64,000 nucleotides of DNA. Origin: a virus (Duplodnaviria > Caudoviricetes). The stretch spans positions 1,486 to 65,485 of the IMG/VR virus record IMGVR_UViG_3300042298_000319, one strand, 5' to 3'. How positions within the stretch are numbered: the first letter of the stretch is position 1; every line of letters starts with the position of its first letter. The notes under the pieces were generated by a model. The model was not told the DNA's origin, ran no database searches, and saw only the letters and a list, made by a program, of their open reading frames with translations. This document shows, one piece after another, positions 17,329-25,576 of the stretch. A program made the position numbers and the translations under genes.

Positions 17329-19251
17329 ATGCCAAGTACATATTCTCAAGACCTACGTATTGAACTAATTGCTGCCGGTGAGCAATCCGGTACATGGGGC
17401 TCTACAACCAACAACAACTTAGGCAACTTAATTGAAGATGCTATTTCCGGCGCTGTTGTAATTACAATCGACCCCGGCACTGGGGTGCAGCAAGCAATAC
17501 TAGCCGCAAATGGCGCGATTGATCAGGCGCGTTGTTCGGCGCTTGTTTTAACCGGCGCTACAGATGATTTTGAAATTTTTGCCCCCCCAGTTACTAAAAT
17601 CTATGTCATACGAAACGAGTGTTCGTTTCAAGCTACGTTGTGGTGCGCTACTACAATTAACGGCACTACTGCCCCAATAGGCGCTTCCGGCTACATTATT
17701 CCTGCAAACAAAACTGTACTTGTTCACTCCCCTGATGGCGTTCAGTTCTACGACGCTATGAACTATTTAAACAGCGCACTACCAGCTAACAGCGGGGGTA
17801 CAGGATTCCAAACTTATGCAGTTGGTGATCTGCTTTATGCAAACACAACTACATCATTAGCTAAATTGGCGGACGTTGCTACGGGAAATGCTTTAATTTC
17901 TGGCGGAGTAAATACCGCCCCTGCTTGGGGAAAAGTAGGGCTAACTACTCATGTTACTGGGGTGTTGGATGAGACTAATGGTGGTACAGGTCAATCTACC
18001 ATTCCAGCGTTATCTGTTCTTGTTGCAAATACATTAAATACTTTAACCCCTGTGACGGTAACAGCAGGGCAATCAGTAAAGTTAAATAGTGGCGGCACAG
18101 CATGGGAGGCCTATACTCCTTCAGGCGCAGGCAGTGTCACTTTTACAGGCACCGTCCCAGTAGCCCAAGGGCAAGTAACAGTATTTAACGACACCTCAGG
18201 CACTTCCATTACCACTGCGCGCACGTATCAGTTCCGGGCAACAAGTGCGGGGCCCGCGCAAATTCAGTTATTTGAAGATACCGACAGCGGCGCCGACGCT
18301 ATAACTATTCAACCTCCTGCCACACTTGCTAGTAGTTACACGCTGACGTTACCTACAACAGACGGCTCTGCTAGCCAATTACTACAAACAGATGGTTCTG
18401 GAGTTTTGACTTGGGCGACAATTACAGCAGGGACAGGGATTACTGTTACGCCTGCGTCCGGGTCTATAACTATTGCAGCAACAGGCGGTGGTGGCACTGG
18501 GGACGTAGTAGGCCCGTCTTCTGCCACTAACAATGCGATTGTTCGCTTTGACGCAACTACAGGTAAGTTAATTCAAAACTCGGTTGTAACTATCTCTGAT
18601 ACGGGCGCAGCAACAGGATTTACTACATTAAATGCCAGCAGCACAATAACAGGTAACGGGTTCGTCTCAAGTACCGGCGCATATAACTTTACTGCAAGTG
18701 CCGAATCTATTTTTGGTTCTACTGGGTTAGTTTCTATTGCTGTTGGTGGCTCTGCGCGTATTGACGTAACTATTTCTGATTTTCTACCAGACGGCGATAA
18801 CAACATGGGGTTGGGTTCTTCTGGTAAACGCTGGACTGCGGTGTATGCAGTAAACGGAACTATTCAGACTTCTGACGCCAACAGCAAACAAGACATTGCT
18901 GATCTTGACGACGCCGAAAGACGAGTGGCGGCGCGTATTAAAGGGCTGATTAAAAAATTTCGCTTTAAGGATGCCGTAGCCACTAAAGGGGATGCAGCGC
19001 GTATTCACGTGGGAGTAATTGCCCAAGAAGTACGAGACGCGTTTACTGCTGAAGGACTTGATGCAGATCGTTACGGCATGTTCTGTTCGGATACATGGTG
19101 GGAGCGCGAAGAAGATGTGTATCAACCCTTTAACGGGACCACTGTACGTAAGAAAGTAATTCACAAAACCCCAGTAGAAAGTGCGACTGAGGTTACTCAG
19201 TTAGGTGTGCGCTACGACGAGCTTCTCGCGTTTGTTATTGCCGCTATGTAA
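17329..19251 (+). CDS. Tail fibre/spike with C-terminal intramolecular chaperone (peptidase S74) domain
   Basis: QTSD...K.DI; GVIAQEV; GVRYDELLAF. Confidence 0.8.
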   Translation: MPSTYSQDLRIELIAAGEQSGTWGSTTNNNLGNLIEDAISGAVVITIDPGTGVQQAILAANGAIDQARCSALVLTGATDDFEIFAPPVTKIYVIRNECSFQATLWCATTINGTTAPIGASGYIIPANKTVLVHSPDGVQFYDAMNYLNSALPANSGGTGFQTYAVGDLLYANTTTSLAKLADVATGNALISGGVNTAPAWGKVGLTTHVTGVLDETNGGTGQSTIPALSVLVANTLNTLTPVTVTAGQSVKLNSGGTAWEAYTPSGAGSVTFTGTVPVAQGQVTVFNDTSGTSITTARTYQFRATSAGPAQIQLFEDTDSGADAITIQPPATLASSYTLTLPTTDGSASQLLQTDGSGVLTWATITAGTGITVTPASGSITIAATGGGGTGDVVGPSSATNNAIVRFDATTGKLIQNSVVTISDTGAATGFTTLNASSTITGNGFVSSTGAYNFTASAESIFGSTGLVSIAVGGSARIDVTISDFLPDGDNNMGLGSSGKRWTAVYAVNGTIQTSDANSKQDIADLDDAERRVAARIKGLIKKFRFKDAVATKGDAARIHVGVIAQEVRDAFTAEGLDADRYGMFCSDTWWEREEDVYQPFNGTTVRKKVIHKTPVESATEVTQLGVRYDELLAFVIAAM

Positions 19252-19260
19252 GGGGCTAAG

Positions 19261-21801
19261 ATGCCACTACAGAAACTACAACTGCGCCCCGGTGTAAACC
19301 GCGAGGGTACGACGCTCGCCAACGAAGGTGGTTGGTATGACTGCGATAAAGTTCGATTTCGTTCAGGTTACCCGGAAAAGATAGGTGGGTGGGCTGCACT
19401 GTCTTACAACACATTTCTTGGCGTGTGTCGGTCTTTGTGGAATTGGGTGACCTTAAAGAACTACAACATACTGGGGGTAGGTACAAATTTAAAGTTCTAC
19501 GTCGAGAATGGCGGAACTTATTACGACATTACGCCAATCAGAGAGGTTAACGACAACAGCCCTCTTAATGACATAACACTTGAAATTACAAATGGCTCTA
19601 GCACACTGACTATTACTGACCTAAACGCTGACACGTTACAAGTAAATGATTTCGTAACTATAGCCGGTGCTATTGATTTAGGCACAGCAGGTACAAACGT
19701 GCTTGCTGCGGTTTTAAATCAAGAATATCAAATTACATCCGTAATAAGTAACACTAAATATACAGTTACTCTACGTACAGCTGATACTTCTGTAACCGGG
19801 ATTAACTTTACAGTAAACCCTACAACATCTGTTTTAACAGTTTCTCCTACTGTAGCTATCAATAACGGCGAGATAATTACGCTACTGCCTACAATCGCAA
19901 GTCCAGCGGGGTTAAATACAGGGGTAACTTATTACATAGTTAACGCTGTTAGCAACACTTTTCAGCTGTCGTTAACGTCTGGCGGTAGCCCTGTTTCTAT
20001 AACTACTGTTGGTACAGGACAGCAAGCGTTTTACTTTGTTCTTGAGTCTAACCGTACTGCCTCTAGTGGCACGATGGCAGCGGTCACGCTTACTTATCAG
20101 TTGCAAACTGGGCAAGCTATTTATACAGAAGGTACTGGGTGGGGCGCGGGTCCTTGGGTTCCATATTCAGCTACAACACTGACTGATCCATTTGCTACTG
20201 TTAGTGGTTCATCTACTATTACAGTGACACAAGCTGGGCATGGACTAACCACTGGGCAGTATGTTTATTTTAATTCTATATCTGACACAGACGTAAGCGG
20301 TATAACAAATACGGTTCTGCAAAAAGCTTTTGAAGTTACTGTTACCGGCTCAAATACTTACACAATATCTACAGTCATAGGTCAAGCGCCGGGGCCTGTT
20401 ATTACATATACGGCAAATGCAACAAGTTCGACGCAAGGTGGCACTGTTGCTGTGTTTTACCCGTCTAGTGTAGTTGCTAATAGTATTAGAACTTGGAATT
20501 CTGGATATACCACTGGTATCGGCTTACAGTTGCGTTTATGGAGTCAAACTAACTTTGGTGAACGCCTATTGTTTAGTCCACGTCAGGGGCCGTTATTTGT
20601 TTGGGACCCCGGCGCTGGAGCTACCCCAGCGTTTTCACAACGCGGGCAACTAGTAAGCGGGTTAGATGTGCCTAGTAAGATCGGTCAGATTATGGTGTCT
20701 GACATTACTAGGATAACTATAGCTTTTGGTTGCAATGATATAGGTTTGTATGACACAACTGAATATGACCCACTTTTGGTTCGATGGTCTGATGCTGAAG
20801 ACTATACTAGTTGGTCGGAATCAGTATTAAGTTTAGCTGGTTCTACCCGGCTATCTCATGGGTCTGAAATAGTCGGGGCTATACAGACACGACAAGAAAT
20901 ATTTGTTTTAACTGACGCTGCTGCGTACGCCATGCAGCTTGTACCAGACGCTGTTTTTAGTTTTACTTTACTTGCAGACAATATATCAATCGTCTCGCCC
21001 AACGCTATGGCAACTGCGGCGGGGGTTGTGTATTGGATGGGCGTGGATAAGTTTTATATCTATTCAGGTCGAGTTGAAACTCTTCCCTGCGCTGTGCGTC
21101 AGTACGTGTTTACAGATATAAACAGAGATCAAGAGTCACAATTTTTTGCTGGTACTAACGAAGGTTACAGTGAAGTTTGGTGGTTCTATTGTTCTGTATC
21201 TGGGCCTGACGGTACAGGCACATTAGAGAATCCAAACAACATAGTAGACCGTTACGTCATATTTAACTATCTTGACCGCGTTTGGTACTACGGCAAGCTA
21301 GACAGAACAGCGTGGCTAGACTCGCCGTTAAGACAGTTCCCGCAAGCAGCTACTGGTAATAATTTAGTTGTAATTCATGAAGCGTCGGTTGATGATAATT
21401 CAACCCCTGAGCCTGCTCCTATTCAAGCCTACATCCAATCGTCGGATTTTGATATTAGTGATGGGCATAACTACGGCTTTGTTTGGCGGATAATCCCAGA
21501 CATCACATTTGATGGGTCAAACACTACTGGCCTTACAAACGTAAACCCATACGTTAAATTCAAGATACGCCCTAGGCAGAACCCCGGTTCCGGCTATTAC
21601 GCTGGGGTTTTATCGCCCGAAGTTGCCTCTAAAGATAGTTATGCGGGCACTCAAACTTATAACGTGCAGCGGTTCACCGAAATAATTTACAGCCGTGTAC
21701 GTGGGAGACAAATTGCTTTCCGTATTGAGTCCGACTCATTAGGCACTCAATGGCAGTTAGGTGTGCCGAATATTGACGTAAGACCAGATGGGCGGCGTTG
21801 A
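19261..21801 (+). CDS. Probable tail nozzle/DNA-stabilisation protein (P22 gp10-like beta-propeller with inserted beta domains)
   Basis: W..CDKVRFR.G.PEKIGGW; VRWSD.ED; EVWWFYCS; ends RPDGRR. Confidence 0.65.
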   Translation: MPLQKLQLRPGVNREGTTLANEGGWYDCDKVRFRSGYPEKIGGWAALSYNTFLGVCRSLWNWVTLKNYNILGVGTNLKFYVENGGTYYDITPIREVNDNSPLNDITLEITNGSSTLTITDLNADTLQVNDFVTIAGAIDLGTAGTNVLAAVLNQEYQITSVISNTKYTVTLRTADTSVTGINFTVNPTTSVLTVSPTVAINNGEIITLLPTIASPAGLNTGVTYYIVNAVSNTFQLSLTSGGSPVSITTVGTGQQAFYFVLESNRTASSGTMAAVTLTYQLQTGQAIYTEGTGWGAGPWVPYSATTLTDPFATVSGSSTITVTQAGHGLTTGQYVYFNSISDTDVSGITNTVLQKAFEVTVTGSNTYTISTVIGQAPGPVITYTANATSSTQGGTVAVFYPSSVVANSIRTWNSGYTTGIGLQLRLWSQTNFGERLLFSPRQGPLFVWDPGAGATPAFSQRGQLVSGLDVPSKIGQIMVSDITRITIAFGCNDIGLYDTTEYDPLLVRWSDAEDYTSWSESVLSLAGSTRLSHGSEIVGAIQTRQEIFVLTDAAAYAMQLVPDAVFSFTLLADNISIVSPNAMATAAGVVYWMGVDKFYIYSGRVETLPCAVRQYVFTDINRDQESQFFAGTNEGYSEVWWFYCSVSGPDGTGTLENPNNIVDRYVIFNYLDRVWYYGKLDRTAWLDSPLRQFPQAATGNNLVVIHEASVDDNSTPEPAPIQAYIQSSDFDISDGHNYGFVWRIIPDITFDGSNTTGLTNVNPYVKFKIRPRQNPGSGYYAGVLSPEVASKDSYAGTQTYNVQRFTEIIYSRVRGRQIAFRIESDSLGTQWQLGVPNIDVRPDGRR

Positions 21802-23183
21802 TGGCTACTACTAATATAGTAACTACTGGGTCTACACAGTTTGTAGCGACCAAAGCACCTGCTCTACCTTTTGCGCCTGTTCAGTATGACCGTGGGTATC
21901 AAGACACTTTTAACAACATTCTCCGGCAGTACTTTAGTACGCTAGATAACTTTTTAGGTCAATTTATGGCGTCTTCATCGGGAATTTTAGGCGTATACGG
22001 CGCGGGTACGGGGGCTGATGCTTTTGGTCGCTTGCGGGTGTCTAACCCCTACACGTTGTTTGATAGCCAGAATAGATTTCAAGCGGACAATCAATTTAGT
22101 CAATCTCTTACTGGCACCGGTTCAGCTACTTATTTACCAAACGAGTCGTCTGTCAGTTTGCAAGTAACAGCTAACGGAGACGAAGCAATACGACAATCTT
22201 TGCGTTGTATGCCCTATCAGCCGGGTAAAGGGCTACTAGTGATGTGTACTTTTGTTATGCCCAGCGCAACAGGTGTTACTTCGCGGGTGGGCTATTTCAA
22301 CGCTAGTAACGGTGTGTTTTTCCAACAGGTTGGCGGTACTAAGTCTTTTGTACTCCGCACTAATACTAGTGGTACTCCAAGTGATGTAAGAACTATTGAT
22401 CAAAGTGAATGGAACGGAGATAAGTTAGACGGCACCGGGGCGTCGGGCGTTACGTTAAACACTAACAACGCACAGATTTTATGGATGGATTTTGAATGGC
22501 TGGGCGTAGGGTCGGTGCGTTGCGGGTTTATTATTAACGGCGAATATATTGTTTGCCATACGTTTAACAACGCAAATGACCTAAACAAAGTCTACATGAC
22601 CACCGCTATCCTGCCAGTGCGGTATCAAATTACCCGAACAGCTGGCACAGGTGCAGCTACCCTTACTCAAATCTGTTCAACAGTTATTTCAGAAGGCGGG
22701 TATGGGCAGGTGTCATCGCCTAATACAGTGCGCCGAACTACAGCACTAGGATCAATCAGCACTACTTTTTTGCCATTAGTAGCTATTCAATTAAATAGCG
22801 GGCGAGAAGGGGCTATTGTCTTACCGCAAACCGTAAATGTTATGCCTACTACTGCGGGCGATTATGAAGTAGTACTGATGCTAACTGACTCTTCTCCTTT
22901 AACAGGCGGCGCTTGGGTTACTTCTGACTTCCCAAATGTGCAGTACAACATATCAGCTACGGCGGTAACGCAGCCTACACCTAGCCAGATTGTTGATCAG
23001 TTCTACATTACCGCGACAAATCAAAGCGCGGGGGCGTCTTCAGAGCCTGTAGCTTATAACTTTGACACGCAGATTGGCGCGTCTATCGCGGGGGTAAGCC
23101 AAGTGTATGTTGTAGCGGTACGGGTTTTAACCGGTACTGGGTCTGCGATTGGCGCATTAAGTTTTTATGACCTGACACAGTAA
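21801..23183 (+). CDS. Tail-associated structural protein with lectin-like beta domain
   Basis: N-terminal PALP..P..Y helix, then DAFGRLRVS...YQPGK...FEWLGVG. Confidence 0.6.
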   Translation: MATTNIVTTGSTQFVATKAPALPFAPVQYDRGYQDTFNNILRQYFSTLDNFLGQFMASSSGILGVYGAGTGADAFGRLRVSNPYTLFDSQNRFQADNQFSQSLTGTGSATYLPNESSVSLQVTANGDEAIRQSLRCMPYQPGKGLLVMCTFVMPSATGVTSRVGYFNASNGVFFQQVGGTKSFVLRTNTSGTPSDVRTIDQSEWNGDKLDGTGASGVTLNTNNAQILWMDFEWLGVGSVRCGFIINGEYIVCHTFNNANDLNKVYMTTAILPVRYQITRTAGTGAATLTQICSTVISEGGYGQVSSPNTVRRTTALGSISTTFLPLVAIQLNSGREGAIVLPQTVNVMPTTAGDYEVVLMLTDSSPLTGGAWVTSDFPNVQYNISATAVTQPTPSQIVDQFYITATNQSAGASSEPVAYNFDTQIGASIAGVSQVYVVAVRVLTGTGSAIGALSFYDLTQ

Positions 23184-23491
23184 TGGAAGACGTTCGACAG
23201 ACTTTGTACAAAGACGAGGACGTGGAGTTCCTCTGTGACTACCTGTTTGACCGTACCTTAATCGCCATGCACTTAAATATAACGCCGGGGGCGTGGTCGG
23301 CGGGTAAGTTTAAAAAGTACTATGATATTTTTATTAACAAAATTGTACCATTTTTGAAGTCGCGGGATTACCATGAAGTGTACGCAACACCTTTCAAAGA
23401 TGATATAAAAGCCCAGAAACTCATTAAAATGTTCGGACTTTATGCTTATGGGCAGAACATGGGTTTCGTGCTCATGAAACGGGAGATTTAA
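23183..23491 (+). CDS. Possible GNAT-fold protein
   Basis: EVYAT...KAQKLIKMFG resembles the GNAT C-terminal motif; precedes an ejection-type gene. Confidence 0.45.
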   Translation: MEDVRQTLYKDEDVEFLCDYLFDRTLIAMHLNITPGAWSAGKFKKYYDIFINKIVPFLKSRDYHEVYATPFKDDIKAQKLIKMFGLYAYGQNMGFVLMKREI

Positions 23492-23492
23492 T

Positions 23493-25166
23493 ATGCCACA
23501 AGTCGTCGCTGCTGCTATGGCTCAAGCTGCTATGGCTGGAGGAACCGCCGCCGCTACCACCGCCGCCACTACTGCGGCATCAACCGCCGCGCTTGAAACT
23601 GCTAAGCAAGCGGCGATTCAAGAGGCTATGAGGCAACAAGCTGCTCAGCAAGCGACTCAGCAAGCAGCTCAACAAGCAGCTCAACAAGCTGCTGCACAAC
23701 AAGCAGCTCAACAAGCTGCTGCACAACAAGCAGCACAGGCCGGTTTAACACAGGCCGGTGCCGGAACACCGGGGATTGCGCAAGGCGCTACGCCCCCTAC
23801 ACCGCCCGGAGCGCCTGCCGCCCCCGCTGCGCCACCTCCTCCTGCTTCGCCACTTCCTCCTGCTGGCAGCAACATGACGTTAGAGCAACAATTACAGTTC
23901 TTAAAAAATAACCCGTCGAACCTTGGCAACTTCCCGCAGTATGAGCAAGTAGCTCAAGCGGGCACAGAAGCTACTCCTCTTGTTGAAAAAGCGGCTATGA
24001 ACCCGCCTATAACAATAGGTGAGACTGTTGCCCGTGTAAACCCTGAATCATGGATGTCTAATCCGGGCATAACCGATAGGGAGATTGCTTCTAGAGTTGG
24101 GGAGCGGTTTATAGACTCTCAGACAAGCGGGATTGCTAAAGGGGCGACAGACGCTGTTAACTGGATGAAAAACAACAAGTTTGAAACAGGACTTGGGTTC
24201 ATGATGGCGGGTCAGGTTTACGATAAGGTCTTCCCAGAAAAGAAGAAGGAGTATCGTAATACAGTGGATATGTCTAAGTTTAAGCCTTCGATTGCAAGGC
24301 CGATACGTTTTACTCCTTCTTATAATTACGCAGACGGTGGCCCCGTGCAACAAATGTCAGACATGAACGCGTTAGGGGCAAATATGGGTTATCCGATGGC
24401 GGCGTTAAACACGCCAGCGTACTCTAACTCCGCAATACAAAGCCCACGAGCCACTAATGTAATAGCTCCTAGCGGTGGCCCTGCGGTTGACGCGTTTAAT
24501 GGAGAACCACGATTTGCTAGTGGCGGTATAGCTGATCTTGACCTTAAAGATTACGCGCTTGATAAAAAACAAAAGACATCAAAAAATGCGTCGAAAGCTT
24601 TGTCTGATATGTACAAGGCTACAGAAGCAGAACGCAATAAACAAATGGCTGCTGCTCGTGCGGCTATGGTCGATAAAGAAGATTCAGGCGGGACAGTTGC
24701 AAGAAGCCGTACTCAGCTTCTAAGCAGCCCATTTTCTGCGGCGGTAGAAGAACATAACCGCCTCGCTAAGAAAACAAAAACTAAACCGGCTGCTTTACCT
24801 AAAACTAATTTAGGCGACATTGACAACTACATGGACATACCGGTTGATACGGTTGCCGCTGCTAGTGGTGGAATCATGAGCAACCTTGGCGGCTATTCTG
24901 ACGGCGGACGTTTATTGAGAGGGCCCGGCGATGGAGTTTCGGATTCTATTCCTGCTGTCATTGGCAAGCGTCAGCCTGCTCGTCTTGCTGATGGTGAGTT
25001 TGTAATCCCTGCGCGTATTGTGTCTGAGCTAGGCAACGGTTCAACTGAAGCTGGCGCAAGAAAGCTCTACGCGATGATGGAACGAATTCAGAATACGCGT
25101 AAGAAATCTATCGGTAAAAAGAAAGTAGCGGTTAATAGTCGCGCTGATAAACATCTACCTGCTTAA
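23493..25166 (+). CDS. Internal virion/ejection protein with xGG motifs and tape-measure-like C-terminal domain
   Basis: Ala/Gln-rich N-terminus; YSDGG...GPGDGVSDSIPA...LADGEFVIPA. Confidence 0.65.
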   Translation: MPQVVAAAMAQAAMAGGTAAATTAATTAASTAALETAKQAAIQEAMRQQAAQQATQQAAQQAAQQAAAQQAAQQAAAQQAAQAGLTQAGAGTPGIAQGATPPTPPGAPAAPAAPPPPASPLPPAGSNMTLEQQLQFLKNNPSNLGNFPQYEQVAQAGTEATPLVEKAAMNPPITIGETVARVNPESWMSNPGITDREIASRVGERFIDSQTSGIAKGATDAVNWMKNNKFETGLGFMMAGQVYDKVFPEKKKEYRNTVDMSKFKPSIARPIRFTPSYNYADGGPVQQMSDMNALGANMGYPMAALNTPAYSNSAIQSPRATNVIAPSGGPAVDAFNGEPRFASGGIADLDLKDYALDKKQKTSKNASKALSDMYKATEAERNKQMAAARAAMVDKEDSGGTVARSRTQLLSSPFSAAVEEHNRLAKKTKTKPAALPKTNLGDIDNYMDIPVDTVAAASGGIMSNLGGYSDGGRLLRGPGDGVSDSIPAVIGKRQPARLADGEFVIPARIVSELGNGSTEAGARKLYAMMERIQNTRKKSIGKKKVAVNSRADKHLPA

Positions 25167-25168
25167 AT

Positions 25169-25576
25169 ATGCCTTTATATCAAGTAACGCCCCAACAACT
25201 GCCGCAAGTCTGGCCTATTGTAGCCCCTATGTTGCAGCGAGCTGTTGATCTGGAGCCAGAGCAAATTACTATAGAACAGGCTGAGTATTTAATACGTACA
25301 GGGCAAACGTACTTACTTATATGGGAAGAGCCCGATGAAGGTATTACAGGCGCTGCGACGGTAGAAATTATTGACTATCCACGACAGCGTGCGGCACATG
25401 TCAACTTAATGGGCGGCAAAGGAATAGTCCGCCCGCATGTGTTTGAAGAAGCAAAAAATTGGATGCGGTTGATGGGCGCTACTGTAGCGCAGTGTTGGGC
25501 TAAAGGCTCTCTAGTCACTATGTATGAAAAGATGGGTATGTCTAATACTCATCAGGTCATGAGGGAAAAATTATGA
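25169..25576 (+). CDS. GNAT-fold protein (P22 gp14-like position)
   Basis: GAATVEII.YP...HVNLMGG...MYEKMG. Confidence 0.55.
   Translation: MPLYQVTPQQLPQVWPIVAPMLQRAVDLEPEQITIEQAEYLIRTGQTYLLIWEEPDEGITGAATVEIIDYPRQRAAHVNLMGGKGIVRPHVFEEAKNWMRLMGATVAQCWAKGSLVTMYEKMGMSNTHQVMREKL

Noticed and set aside
8546-19251. Diversity-generating retroelement or invertible fibre switch
   Set aside because: No reverse transcriptase or invertase; repeats differ at synonymous positions rather than at adenines only
23630-23740. CAAGCAGCT-type tandem repeats, and GCGCCC repeats near 27257
   Set aside because: Simple coding repeats (AQQA, PAPA linkers) with no sign of phase variation
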